Assembly: GCA_043228905.1 (NCBI GenBank) | Contig: JBHGNT010000014.1 | Coordinates: 496,001-560,000, forward strand | From: Azolla caroliniana | Taxonomy: Eukaryota > Plantae > Polypodiophyta | Direction: 5' to 3' | DNA length: 64,000 nucleotides | Shown here: in pieces, positions 1 to 13,663 of the stretch | How positions within the stretch are numbered: the first letter of the stretch is position 1 | Layout of the letters: each line of letters starts with the position of its first letter | Program-made: the position numbers and the translations under genes | Notes under the pieces: generated by a model | What the model was told of the DNA's origin: nothing | Database searches by the model: none | Seen by the model: the letters and a program-made list of their open reading frames with translations, nothing else

Positions 1-859
1 GACTCCGATGATGGTGTGGATCTCTCATCAAAGTTCAAGGCGGAGTTCTCTTCGGAACCATGTGACATATCACAGGTCTTGAATCACATAGAAGATGAAG
101 CTTTATTCCTTCACACATCAGGAACCACTAGCCGTCCCAAAGGGGTACCGTTGACCCAGATAAACTTATCAGCATCTGTACAACACATAGTAGAGGCATA
201 TGAACTGGGGCCATCAGATAAGACTGTGATAATACTACCCCTCTTTCATGTTCATGGATTAATGGCCGCCTTACTCTCATCCTTAGTGGCTGGAGGAACA
301 GTGGTTCTACCCAGTGCTGGACGTTTCTCGGCCACTAAATTTTGGGACGACATGAAAACATATGGTTCGACTTGGTACACGGCAGTGCCTACTGTTCATC
401 AGATCTTGCTAGAAAGACATAAGGCCAAACCAGAGCCTAACTATCCGAGCCTCCGATTCATCCGCAGTTGCAGTGCTTCTCTGGCACCAGCTGTGCTCGA
501 ACAATTGGAGGAAGCTTTCAGCGCTCCTGTGCTAGAGGCCTATGCAATGACAGAAGCTAGTCATCAAATGACATCTAATCCTTTGCCAAAATATGGTCCT
601 CGCAAACCAGGATCGGTTGGCAAACCGACAGGAATTGAATTGGGGATCTTAGATGATAATGGCACATTGTTGCCCCCTACACAAGTAGGAGAGGTCTGCA
701 TCCGAGGTTTGAATGTTACGAAGGGTTATAAGAACAATCCCGATGCAAACAAGGCGGCTTTCTTGTTTGGGTGGTTTCACACTGGAGACCGGGGATATTT
801 GGACGAAGAAGGGTACTTATGCTTAACGGGCCGTATCAAAGAGTTGATCAATCGTGGAG
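1..859 (+). CDS. AAE3: Oxalate--CoA ligase / acyl-activating enzyme 3, exon (5'-partial, gene starts upstream of window)
   Basis: Open frame from base 1. Contains the AMP-binding motif LHTSGTTSRPKGV and AAE3-type motifs PLFHVHG, FIRSCSASL, LEAYAMTEASH, GWFHTGD and RIKELINRG. GT donor at 860. Confidence 0.9.
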
Positions 860-946
860 GTTTGTATGTGAAATATTTTGTATATAGTTCTCCATGTTTA
901 TGAAGGAGAATTTATTTATTTTATTCATGGTTTTTGTTGGGTTCAG

Positions 947-1050
947 GTGAAAAGATCTCTCCTTTAGAAATTGATGCTGTCCTCTTAGCTCATCCTGCTG
1001 TATCTCAAGCTGTTGCATTTTCTGCACCAGATGCAAAATATGGAGAAGAG
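947..1050 (+). CDS. AAE3: AAE3 internal exon ([35 protein letters not shown])
   Basis: AG acceptor at 945-946 and GT donor at 1051. Splicing restores the conserved INRGGEKISP motif. Confidence 0.88.
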
Positions 1051-1088
1051 GTGATTCTCCGATATTTTGTGGGTTGAGAAATCTTCTG

Positions 1089-1182
1089 TATTTTCTAGGG
1101 TCAGGCTTTAAGATTCTTCGATATATTTTAGGGTTCCTGGTTTAAGATACTTCGGCATTTCTAGGGTTTAGACTTTAAGATT
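1089..1182. repeat. Degenerate ~33-bp tandem repeat in AAE3 intron
   Basis: About three copies of TTT(C)TAGGGT...TTTAAGAT. Confidence 0.55.
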
Positions 1183-1227
1183 AATAATTACACATTTTGA
1201 GAGGAAAAGTGTGGTTGACCATGGAAG

Positions 1228-1431
1228 GTGAATGCGGCCATCGTGCTGCATGAGGGAGCTTCCGCAACTGAGGATGATATCAAAGAATTCTGTAAGAAGA
1301 ATCTGGCTGCATTCAAAATCCCGAAGAAGATATTTTTCTCAAAGGATGTCCCAAGGACGCCGACGGGAAAGATTCAGCGACGGATTGTTGCCGAGCATTT
1401 CCTATCTGGTTCAAAGGCATCGGAAAAATAG
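1228..1431 (+). CDS. AAE3: AAE3 terminal exon (VNAAIV...AFKIPK...PRTPTGKIQRR)
   Basis: AG at 1226-1227, in frame with the previous exon. Carries the catalytic-Lys motif PRTPTGKIQRR. TAG stop ends at 1431. Confidence 0.88.
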   Translation: MNAAIVLHEGASATEDDIKEFCKKNLAAFKIPKKIFFSKDVPRTPTGKIQRRIVAEHFLSGSKASEK

Positions 1432-2063
1432 TTCTCCAAGGTATATATACATATTATGATGGGTGTTTTGGTGTCCTCAATAACAAGAGAAGACAATAGT
1501 ATAGCATCCATTCAGTAGGGTATTTAGAGGTCATGAAAAATTAACTGATTGGTAGTTTTGGTTTAAGAAGCCCAACATTAGAAACCAATAGTTTTTGGGT
1601 TGTTAGCTAGCAAAGTCATGTTGTACGACCACATCTCAATGGGTGCCTGGTACATACAGTGTCTATCTGGCCTACAGTTTGCTTGTTTGAACCAACCATG
1701 TGAACATGCCCCTTGGTTGGAGGGAGCTTATGGAAGGGTAGTAGTATTGGTGCCATAGCTATGTGCACCCCTATGATAGATTGTTTTTTCAAATTGGCTT
1801 ATTTAATAAAGTGTATGCAGGCTGAGATCGAGATCATTGGGAGGTGATGTATAAGAAACTGGGGAATAATACAGACAACAGAAAGCCATCTTGGATGTCT
1901 GGTGGTTAATAATTATTTGCACACTTGTAGCTTTTTCAAAAACAATTTTTTACTTCCTAGTAAGGATTTTGTCCGACTTTTCCACTATATCCAGTATTGT
2001 TGACAAAAAAAAAGCAGTGAATGTTTGGAAAACAGGGTAACTCCTAATGGGTATTAGTTTTGA

Positions 2064-2197
2064 TCCAGCAATGGTTTTAATGGTGTCCATCTTGGATTGT
2101 CTATATAACCCAAAATAGTTGATCCTTTCCCTCCAGCAATGGTTTTAACGGTGTCCGTCTTGGATTGTTTATATAACCCAAAATAATTGATCCTCTT
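2064..2197. repeat. ~68-bp direct tandem duplication
   Basis: TCCAGCAATGGTTTTAAyGGTGTCC...ATAACCCAAAATArTTGATCCT at 2064 and 2132. Confidence 0.85.
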
Positions 2198-5100
2198 CAT
2201 ATTGGATCCTGCTTGATGTACCAAGATCATTGCATATTTGTGTATTAAATCAATTGATATTTTATTGAACAGCAGTGTCATTGCTTTTGTTCAATTGGGT
2301 GACCTCATGACGTGAAATGCTAATTCCCTTCATGTGGGTTTTGTTTTTGCCAAGTGATCTTTCTGGGCCAAATTTTCAATTTGTTATCGCTATTCACTTT
2401 AGGACTTAGAAATTGCCATCGAAAGCCCAAGGCTGTAGAATCGATGATTATGTATCAGGAGTACTTTTATCATACAAGTCTTCAGCTTTTGGTAAGATGT
2501 GAATTATATTGACATAAATTTCAGGATATTGGTTCTAATCATAATTGTGACAGGAGTTTTTTTTTTTGTTAACCTCTCAAATCAAAGTTTGTTCTTTACT
2601 TTTGTTGAACCTATTGGGCTTGGGTACTGTGTTTTACTTGCTTCAATGTGGTGCGAATTGAATTGAGCGCTAGCAGATCATGTTTTACAAGGAAAAGGAA
2701 TAGTTTTGGTCACTTATTAATTTGTTTTGTCAATCATAACATATCGTAATCAATGATTGAGGTTCTAAGTGCACAAATGACTAATCAGTGTTCTTAGACA
2801 ACCAAATGAAAGGGAGTGTTTTAGATATTTGCATTCATGTGATCGACATGTATTGTTTGTGTGTGAACTTGGATTTACCGGTTCATCTATAGCTTTATAA
2901 TCATTAACTTCGAATAAACTCCATAAGGTTTAAATGATGTTGCATACATGGATTTATGGAATGATTCTTATTTCCATCAAAATTAGGTGGGATGATTTGT
3001 CATGTAGAAAAATCTTTTGTTTGTTTGTGTGTCTCTATCGAAAGTTCCAAGCAAACCATTTATGGTTTGATTCCAAAAGGTGTTATGGAAATTGTCTCCG
3101 AAGTGTGCCAACCTTCGATTCTCCAATCAAGTATTGGTAAAAAAGTTGATAAATAGACACATCAATGTATTTGACCACTTTGCACTTTAAACATTTCAAT
3201 GCTATGTGTGCGTGTTTGTGTGTATATATATATTTGTTGTTGCATGCTAGTTATTTTGTCTATTGGTTGGGCCCTGCCTTTATTTTGCTAAAAAAATTTA
3301 TTTTGATTCTTTCTCATGAAAAGCTTGCAAAGGAGGTCTCTTGCATGCAACACCATTTAGAACTATTTGGAAGAAGATATCGTCTTAAAAGATTACGATC
3401 GATATTTCTCAAAGGTTTTGACGATTGAGTGTATGAATCAAGTCTTAGTTTGATTGCTGCTCTCATTATGTTCAAAGGGAAAATGTGAAAAATAGAAACT
3501 TCCAATAAAGTTATGAGAAGTTAATAATATTATATTTTATATGGGTAGTATTTTTTTTTCCTTATATCATTATTTGATAACAAGACATGCCATTGAATAC
3601 GGGAATTTGGAAACATTGTACATCATTTCTTAAAGAAAAGTGGGATAAAAATTCTCTCATATTCATCAAACCTAAAAAGCAATGAGAATGTTTAAAAAGG
3701 AAATGAAATTGTGTAATGGAGGATTTATTGGACAAGAAACACTTGGATATGTGAATAATTGGAAACTCTAACCATGTCCTGATGGTACAACATTAGAAAT
3801 AATCTCCATCGACTTAGCTACCAAATGGAAAAGAACAAAGATCAACTATTTGAGATATTTTGAGATGAACCAAGGTTGTCCCTACCCTTTTGGTTGTCTA
3901 GAAAGTCATACAAATCACCCTCTTTGACACAACCTGTTTGGGACAACCAATCCGATCTTTGTTGTGCCTCTTATACATATCATCAATTGATATTTATGCT
4001 ATAGTCTAAAAAGTAACATGTAAATATAGTGATCTTTCACACTTCTACCTAATCAATCCTAATCCTTATGATAGTGACATATTATTTTACCCTAAACCCC
4101 ATATAGGAGTTTTTGGTCTCTCAGGGATGTTGTTATCGGCCTCTTTGGGTCAATCTCATGAGTTTTAGCTAGTTCATGTCAACCTTCTATCAGTGGCTCT
4201 TCTTATCCATATGCACATAAAAGACAATGACTACATGATTCCCTTGTTAGTCTACCTAGAGGACCTCCCTTTCCACGACATGACAAGGGGGGTTATCGGG
4301 GCTTCATGAGGGAAGTCCTTCTCAACTATCATGCTCATATTTCTTACTTATGCCACACAATGTGTAAACTACGCTTCACCAATAGACTTAACCTTCAGAT
4401 CCCTCTGCCTTGGGAGGTTAGGGTCCAATTACAAAATATCAATGCATAATGCAATTTTAACCTAACAACATAGGTAGATTAAAGATGTTAATTGTATACA
4501 CAGACAATCAAACAACATACCACTTAGCTTTCACTCATCACTTAATTAAAGAGATTTAGGTACACAAAAACAAAATCAAATGCTACTCAATAATGATAGA
4601 AAAAATATGCTACAAGAGAAATCACATTAAGATTACATTTTCTTTGTTCCATTGAGCAATATTTATATATGGTTGGTAAGTCACCATTCCATCATTCATT
4701 ATAATGTTCCAAACTTTGTTTAATAGAACAACAATTACTTTCAACCCCAAAAAGGGTACTCTCCTTATTTAAGGAATACAACTTATTTTCTATTTTACAT
4801 TTATTCTATAGTTTATTATACACACCATGGTCTTCCTATCATGCAAGACACTTGTCGGTGACCCACATGGCATGCTCATGGGAAAAGGAGTTCAACAATC
4901 AAACCTATGTTAGGTGGGGGTGATGGGTTCAAGCGGGTGGGGAGGGCTCGTTAATCACGAAAATGATCTCATCAATGGCTAGTTGTCTATCATTAGGAAA
5001 GATGTCAACAAGTTTGATGGTTTGGGGCAAAGCTAATGAGCATGTTAATAATATGAGGGCAACAATTGATATTTTTCTGCACACATGCGAAAGGAGAGTG

Positions 5101-8020
5101 GAATTTGTGGGTGGTGTTATCTTGTTCTCACCATAACACAACAAAAAAAACCTCCACTTGTCATGTCCATCACCAAGTCCAACTAAGATTGCATGATATC
5201 CTTTTTTATTTACATGATTGTCTCCATCTCTAGGAAGTACATTTCCATGCCTTGTTTGCTAGCCCCTTCTTGTCAAAGCACTTCCACTGGTACCTATAAC
5301 TATTGTACCTTCTATTTTCGAGAATTATGAGCTATTGGGGATCTAGTAGTCGTCTTTTTTTGGGAAATATGTTGCAAACCAATTGTTTTCTACAAGACAA
5401 GACACCGCAACCACATTTATAACAATCCATGCACTTTTTGCCGCCCTTGCTTCTCCGTGGCCATTCCATGATTTATGTTTTGTAGTAGTTATCATGAGCA
5501 TATATACAAACTACCATAATCATGATAAAGATTTGAACCCATGAGTTCTTGGAAAAATACACATAACCTTAACATATTTAACTTTTCATAGATAATCTAT
5601 ACATAGTATACATGTAATATTTGCCATATCGCGTAGGCTAATATTGCAATACCATAGCATTGGAGGTGAGATGTTCGGAGGATGTGCAACATGTTCTATC
5701 TCCAAATGCATGCCATAGTATCACCTTCTCATAGATGCGAGAAATTGTAAGCATATATTTATAGGAGAGAGAAAGAGAGATTTATTATCATCTTGGAGAG
5801 GCTAATAATATGACGTATGGCACCAATATGTCACATGGTTAACGTATCCATATTGTTGTTATTCAATATTTAACGTCATTTAGTGTTTACGTATAACATA
5901 CATTCCCATCAACCACATTTTAATTCTTCTATTTATCTTATTATGCATGGGTTTCATGCATTTAGTGTCATGCGAATAGAAAAAGAAAAGATGTCGCAAG
6001 AATGATAAAATAGTTGAATAAAATAACCTCATGACAACCAAAGTGTCTTTTATTTATGGAGGATATGAAATATGAAGAGAATACTTCACATGATCGAGCA
6101 TGGAGGATATGTAGAATGGTGGAAGGTTGTGTGTGGATAGATCTAAATAGATCATGGAGACATCATGTGCACTCTTCTCAAACTTTGTTCATGAGCATAT
6201 GACTAAAGAAATTTTGAAAAGTGACGAAACTGCAAAAAACTATTTCCAATATAAATATTTGTGTGATGCTTTCTTTTTTAGTAGTTTATAACGAAATTGT
6301 ATTAACTTAGACTACTTTTATATAACATGCTCATTCCATTTCTTTGTCTATTCTCGATGTAGATACTTTGTGTGATGCTTTATGTCTAAGTAGTTGTGAA
6401 GTAAATAACATTAATGATATCAAAAAATGATCCATGATTTTGTTGCAGTTTTACGTGTCTGGTTAAGTTTAAGAGAGAATGTGGAACTCTAGAAAAATCA
6501 TGTGATTAGAAAAACAAATACATGCATAAAAAGCATGTGTTGCAAAAAGTAATTTGTGAAACCAAAGAGTTTACCTTAGATTGACGGAATTGGTAGTTTG
6601 CAATAGATGGGCAAATGTGTGCATGCATTGATTGGATTCTCATATACTATAAAGGATGCTATATGCAATGTTGTGTAGGGAAAGTTAAATGAGGGTTTGA
6701 TAGTATTGTGGACTAAGAGATGGCAGCGGACCATGATGTGGTCAAATAGGAAAAAGTCTATGTCATGGGAAGAGTTCTCTTTTCTCATAGACAAGGTCTA
6801 GTGGAGGTTGGACACATCTCAAAAATGTTGATTGTGCCTCACCAATGAATGGAATATATTGAGGGTTTGAACCTTGACCCCGCCAAGATAAGATGATGGA
6901 ATAACATTATAATACAAACACCGACACATCCAGACAAACTAAAAGCACACGTATACTTCCAATTAATACGAAACTAAAAAGGGATGCAGATTCTTTGTAT
7001 CCATTTTGGGGCAAAGGCAATGAGGGACCTAGTTTGTTAACCAGATGAAACCAAGTTCTCTTAATGAAAAAGTTGCTACACTCTCTTTTGGTAAATGTAG
7101 TATATATGTTAAAAATTGTATGATGGTATAAAATGGCTTCGCCATCATCACATTACAATTGTGAGAATCTTTATGGAAAGATAAAACCTCATAGTAGCAA
7201 AGGTGCTGGTAGAGCTCAGGCTAAACCAAATTTCCTATTAGTCCATGTAGACCATCAAGCAAGAATCCATTTCTAGTAACCGGATACATATGGTAATCAA
7301 ACACTACTTTCTATGATGGGGAGGGTAAAGCTCTAGCTCCTTTTGCAAAGACCACAGAAGGGAATTGCATATTAAACCCGAACCCATGCTTGAGTTAGGC
7401 AGAGTTATTTCTGCGAGATGTACACTCTCTAAAAATGCCAACCCTTTGCGAAATACTTTGAGGATGCTCCAAAGATCTATGTCAAATTTTCGTTTCTCTC
7501 CGCCATTCCAGTTGCGCGAATATCTCCCCCCATACTAATCCCCAAACATGTGATGCAACAACCCTGAATGCCGTTAGCAATTGGGCATGCAAGCAGGGGA
7601 GAATATGTGGTCGAACATAGTAACCCTTGTACAAGAAATGGGGCGTTCGATCTGGAACGGGGTTGTCAGACGGACAAATGTGTGCATGCCAGGCCCCTTG
7701 GAGACAAATGTCCTTTTTGGGGGCCAGGAAGATGAGGTCTTGGTGGGTCCCGATTGGCCTGATAAATTGCCGTGTTACTACTCTCTGCGTCCCGGACAAC
7801 AACACCTTGGGAGTACACACAAACTCCTTTCACATTCCTAAGATCCTAACATTAACAAGTGAGAAGGCTCTTGTGTGTGAGCCCTGAGTGTTTCCAAAGG
7901 GAGAAGAAAGGCAAAGGCAAAGGCAACTCAAGATGTGTGTCTGTGGTGACACTACCTAAAATGCAAACAAATCTTGAAATGTGACAGATGGATGGGTTTT
8001 CACCTAATTCCTCTCTCTGT

Positions 8021-8061
8021 TGATGTTGATGGTGATGGTGATGGTGATGGTGATGGTGATG
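8021..8061. repeat. (GGTGAT)n microsatellite
   Basis: Directly visible; lies upstream of the F-box gene. Confidence 0.85.
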
Positions 8062-8701
8062 ACACCTGAATTAGGTTAAAAAGCAGGGCTCATCCAATGG
8101 CTGAAGAGGAGGAGGAGGAGGAGCAGCAATTGGGTCACTCACTCTCCTTGATACACATGCCATTTCCTGCATTTCTTCCTTTGAATGGCTGAGAAATTCT
8201 CTGCTTCTGTTCTTCTGGACCCATGGAAGTCTATATGACTCCTGCTTTCCTTCCTTCCTTTTGTTTGACCTCTTCTTGGTCTATACTTTGAAGGTATTTT
8301 AGGGTTCCTTTCCTCTTTTTGACCTCTTCTTGGTCTATTATTTGTTTGAATGTATTTTGAGGGTTGGGGTGATTGAGTGCTCTATTCCCTCTAATATGCA
8401 TTAGGTTTCTTCTGTTCATACTCAATTGACTCTTTTCTCTGTTGGGTTTCTTCTGTTTAGGAAGATTATGAAGTGCTCTCTGTTGTGGAGGAAGCTGAAG
8501 CTTTAAGGGAAGCTCTATTCCCTTCACCCTGCTTTGTTTGTTTTGGAAGATTTAAAAGTAGCTCTGTTCAAATATACCACCTTGTGTTGTATTGAGATTT
8601 CTGAGGCTTTAAAGGAAGAGGCCATATGGAAGGGCACATTTCTATGCATTGATCAGGAGAGAAGTCTGAAATAATCTCAGGTCTCGCCCCCACCCATTGG
8701 A

Positions 8702-10008
8702 ATGGGTGTGCGCGGGAAAGGCCTTGGCAACAAGATCGACCCAACTAAAGGCTCTATGTCGCCTTCCTTTTTAAGCATCACCAATGATAGAACCATAGCA
8801 CTAAGTGATGAAATCATGCTTCGGATCCTTGGTTTCATTGTTGGCGACGAAGAAGAAGACCCAAGCCCTTGCTTCTTGGTATGTAAAAGATGGTCTCGCC
8901 TCCGAGGTTTGCTCAAAACAAGCATTAGGGTTAAAGAGTGGAGCTTCTTAGAGAGTGGCCACATGGTACGTAGATTCCCGAACCTCACTGACGTGGATTT
9001 GTCGGGAGCATGGCTCTTATCTTCACCCCTGACCGCCAAGAAACAATCAAACAAGATTATATTCACACACCATTTCATCACGGTTCATCTTGAACCAAAT
9101 GCATATGATCCCATCTCTATTGAGAAATTCATCGAAGGACAACAAATACTGCCACAATCTCTTGATAAGGGTTTGAGGGTATTGGCTGATGGGTGTCCAT
9201 GCCTTCAACGGCTTTGTTTGATTGATGTTCGGAGATCCAGTTACAACTCATTGTCTATCAATGCCAATGAGGCATTACTCGTGAGTCATGAAAAGACTTT
9301 GCCTTTGATTGAGCAGAGAAGCAATGACCTCAGCCTCGATAAGGATGTAAAGAAGTCACCATTGCTGAGCAATGGTGCTGGTGAGGATACAAAACCAATT
9401 AACAATAGTTTCAATGAGGACTCATTCTCTAAAGGAGGGCTCGCCTATCTAGCCATGAAATGTCCCACTCTTCAAGAGTTGGTGTTGAACCAATGCACTG
9501 ACGAGTCCTTGTATGCCATATCATCGTGCCAAAACTTGCAGATACTGCGGCTTGTCGGCTCGGTTTGCGGATTCTACCATTGCACTTTCACGGACATCGG
9601 GTTAACAATCCTAGCCAAGGGATGCCGTCGCCTTGTGAAGCTCGAATTGAGTGGTTGCGAAGCGAGTTATGATGGTATCGCTGCCATTGGTCAATGTTGC
9701 TTCATGTTGGAAGAGCTAACCCTATCCAACCAAGGATTCTATGAAGGATGGATGGCTGCTCTATCCTATTGTAGTTGCTTAAAGACATTGCGGTTAGAAG
9801 GTTGTAAGCAACTCGATCCCGTCCCAGGGCCTGCCGAGCATCTGTATTCATGTCCGGCTCTTCAAAGGCTCGAACTCGTTAGATGTAACCTCAGGGATAC
9901 AGCTGGTTTTGCTGCCTTGATGGCCATCGCGGTCACGGTAAGAGAGCTCCTTTTCCAAGATTGCTGGGGCCTCGATGATGACACCTTCAGATTAGCCGAC
10001 ATGTGCAG
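8702..10008 (+). CDS. F-box/LRR protein (At5g07670/At5g51380-like), exon 1
   Basis: F-box-like LSDEIMLRILG...LVCKRW. Family LRR motif TDIGLTILAKGCRRLVKLELSGCEASYDGIAAIGQCC. GT donor at 10009. Confidence 0.88.
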
Positions 10009-10107
10009 GTACTGACCTACCTATGGTTGGCAATGCCCCTCTTGCACAGGGGTATTCGGGTAAATTTCTGAAAACTTGACATGGTTGCCATTTTTCTGTC
10101 TTGGTAG

Positions 10108-10378
10108 GCGAGTGCGGTTTCTGTCGCTCGAGGGCTGTGCTCTTTTGACAACAGCTGGTATCGAGGCGGTCGTGGTGACATGGAAGGACCTTAACACACT
10201 TCAAGTCTCGAGTTGTGGTAGTGTGAAAGATTCGGAGATCAGCCCTGCCCTAGCCACCGTGTTCTCAATACTTAAAGTGTTGAAATGGAGGCCAGATACA
10301 AAGTCTCTTCTTACCGAGAGCTTAGCGGGCACCGGTGTGGGTCAAATCGGTGGGAAGTTCTTCAAAAGGGGCCAATAA
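10108..10378 (+). CDS. F-box/LRR protein, exon 2
   Basis: Pyrimidine tract and AG at 10106-10107. Splicing gives [13 protein letters not shown]...[11 protein letters not shown]...GGKFFKRGQ*. Confidence 0.88.
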
Positions 10379-11279
10379 TGGGTTGTAATTCTTCAGGGTG
10401 TGTGTGCATTGGTTAGATTCAATATTTTAGTATCTCCTATTTGCTTATTCATTTATTTTTGACATTTGTACTTAAAACTGTAGCAAATGTAAAGTCATTT
10501 TTCGCATAACCGAAACTAACGAAAACTTTGTTCCCTCTTTGAAAGCAAAATATAGTTCATTTGAATGGTAACGTGTCTCAGTGAGGTTTCTTCAACGCTG
10601 TAAAGCAAACACCCGAATAAACACTTATTGAGGGCTATGGTTTCTTTTATGTTTTACCAAGTATAGCAAAACAATGTTGTAGTTGTCAAATATTCCTGAA
10701 GATTAGGTATTTTGAATCAGATTCGATTCACCCTTGAGGAATGAAATTTCTTCGTTATTTGCGTTGATCCTCTTGACAAAGATTGAGAACACTAGAAGGG
10801 GTTTGGCAATGAGAAGTCATATATCAGCCTTTTAGACTGAATTGGGTTTGGGTTCTTGCCCATGTTACCCTCTTGGCTTATTGAATAGCCCTATGCATTT
10901 GGAGTGTTGTCTAATTATTAGGTCATTTGTGATGAAACTGTTTGACGTTTATAGCATCTGGTTTGAAAATAATTAAGGCTCTAAATCTCTATCTCTTTAC
11001 AGTGAGCACTTCATAATAAATGCACATCTCTTATTCATTTCAACTAATCAAAGACTTGGGCAATGGTCATTTGTGATAAATTTATAGAAGGCTAATGCTT
11101 TCAAAATTTGAAGTTTATCTCAGTTATTCATAAGAATATTATATTGCGTCTCTTTCAATTTTTTGTTTTCTTGTCTTTGTATGGTAATCCCCTAACAAAA
11201 TAAACCTCAAAGATGGTAGGTGATGTTGCTAGATCAACACACATCTAATTTGATCTTGGGCATAACATGTGTTGGTGCT

Positions 11280-12339
11280 CAAAATGTCGCCCGAGTGACT
11301 ATCACATCACAACTTGACAAATCGCCTCTAAGTTCTCATTACAGGTGAGAAGTAAATCCTTTATTTCGTTGCTTAGTCCATGATGGGATTCATCCTTTTT
11401 CTGATGTGTGTGTTGACATTCTTACATATAAGAAGATTTGAAAAATGTTGGTTGTGGGAGATTCGAATGTTGGAGTTGGAACTTATCAAAATGTCGCCCG
11501 AGTAAGTGATTATCACATCACACAACTTCACAAATAGCCTCAAAGTTCTCATTACAGGTGAGAATTAAATCCTTTATTTCGTTGCATGGTCCATGATTTC
11601 TTCCTTTTTTTGATGTGTGTTGACATTCTTACATATAAGAAGATTTGAATTTTTTTGGTTGTGGGAGATTTGAATGTTGGAGTTGGAACATTCCAAAATG
11701 TCGCCCGAGTAAGTGATTATCACATCACACAACTTGACAAATCGCGTCTAAGTTCTCATTAAAGATGAGAAGTAAATTCTTTATTTCGTTGCTTAGTCCA
11801 TGATGGGATTCATCCTTATTCTGATGTGTGTTGACATTCTTACATATAAGAAGATTTGAAATTTTTTGGTTGTGGGAAATTTGAATGTTGGAGTTGGAAC
11901 TTACCAAAATGTCGCCCAAGTAAGTGATTATTACATCACACAACTTGACAAATCGCGTCTAAGTTCTCATTAAAGATGAGAAGTAAATCCTTTATTTTGT
12001 TGCTTAGTCCATGATGGGATTCATCCTTTTTCTGATGTGTGTGGTGACTTTCTTACATGTATGAAGATTTGAAAAATGTTGGTTGTGGGAGACTTGAATG
12101 TTGGAGTTGGAACTTACCAAAATGTCGCCCAAGTAAGTGATTATCACATCACACAACTTGACAAATCGTGTCTAAGTTCTCATTAAAGATGAGAAGTAAA
12201 TCCTTTATTTTGTTGCTTAGTCCATGATGGGATTCATCCTTTTTCTGATGTGTGTGGTGACTTTCTTACATGTATGAAGATTTGAAAAATGTTGGTTGTG
12301 GGAGACTTGAATGTTGGAGTTGGAACTTCTCAAAATGTC
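11280..12339. repeat. Tandem repeat of ~207-213-bp monomers (about 5 copies)
   Basis: CAAAATGTCGCCC recurs at 11280, 11487, 11694, 11905 and 12118, with a partial copy at 12331. Confidence 0.93.
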
Positions 12340-12957
12340 AAAATTGATGAGAATGTAATGGTGTCACATTTGCCACATGATTGAGAAGGTTGTATAATGT
12401 CAAATTATGGTAGGCTTCTCATAAACATGCTTAGTTGTACAAACTTCAAGATTCTCAAATGTGCTATATGATAAATGTTTTGACATGTCTCCTAGCTTTG
12501 GGAGGAGGTTGTAGTTGACTATGTATTGGTGAAAGATTGTTGATGCATCCATGTTGAATACGTTTAGAAGTGGTGCATTGTAACTAGACTTAGACTACAA
12601 ACCCTTACACTTGCATATCACAACTGAAAGCCCTAACATTTTGTCAATATTAAAGAATGATGAGAAGAAAGAAGATATAATATTATCAAATGGAAAGAAA
12701 GGAAGAGAATATGAACACGTTTAAACTCTAACCAAACTAGCAATAGAGACAACTCAAGGGAAAAGTAGAATATAATGGGTGAATTCATTGAAGAGGTGGA
12801 ACAATACATCCACAAAATGCATGTGTGATGGGATAATATCCATGACATTGAGAATGAAAACACCATATAATACATATGTGTATTCAAGATGTTAATAGAG
12901 GTGCAAAAAACTATCTAATGGCAAAGCAAGGGAAGCAACTTTAAATGAGAAGCATGC

Positions 12958-13663
12958 TCATGAAATGGACAATACCACAAACTTTCCAAATGGATATGTA
13001 GACTTGACTTCCTCCTCTTCCACCACTTGCCTAGATTTTGGTTCTATTGAGGATTTATTTTGGCTTTGACCTACCCCTTTAAGCTCTTGTAAGCCTTCCT
13101 TATGTAGTCTTCCAAATAAAGTACCATCGTACTTTTTCGCGTTGAGCTCCCTTAGGTCGTGGGTTGACCCTTCTCGACCTCCTTCGACCATCAATAGTGG
13201 GTTCCATTGTTGTCGATGAGATTCTTGTCTCCCTTCTACTATGTTGTTGGTATACTCTTCCCACTTTGGCCCAATCTTTAGTGAGTCCATTTGCACCGTC
13301 GTCGTCGTCTAGGTGGAGTCCGATGGACTTCACGAACATTAGGACCTTTTCCATCCCCCACTAGTCTTTGATCTCGTTTTGACAATTGAGCAAAACGACA
13401 TTCAAAATTAGGAATGTGTGCATTGCACTTTGGTGTGTCTTCGATGATGTCACCCATTGGTCAAACACGCCCTTGCCTTGTCCTTTCGACTCTTCGTAGT
13501 CATACTTCTCGAGTAATGCTTTCTTGATGAATCCCCATGAGTCATGAGATTCTTGAAGCTTTTTGACCTCCTCATACATACGCATCGTCACCACCCAACA
13601 AAAACATTTGAGCCACTCTATGTCGTTCACATCTCTCTAATTCATTTCATCATTGTAGACTTT
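12958..13663 (-). mobile_element. Degenerate retrotransposon gag-like remnant (outermost host of the nest)
   Basis: Frameshifted ORF fragments (WGFIKKALLEKYD..., KVLMFVKSI...GLTKDW) resemble gypsy-type gag. Interrupted at 13664 by LTR A. Confidence 0.5.

Noticed and set aside
860-903. ORF-track C-terminus GLYVKYFVYSSPCL and GTG start at 16
   Set aside because: The C-terminus is read-through into an intron, and the frame is already open upstream of base 16.
6795-6885. Possible tRNA-derived SINE (GGTCTAGTGG ... GGTTTGAACC)
   Set aside because: Box spacing is too long, and there is no tail, TSD or cloverleaf.
7482-7887. Overlapping short ORFs upstream of the F-box gene
   Set aside because: No recognisable motifs or splice structure; probably promoter-region sequence.
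11280-12339. CRISPR-like array
   Set aside because: Whole monomers repeat with no unique spacers, the context is eukaryotic and no cas genes are present.
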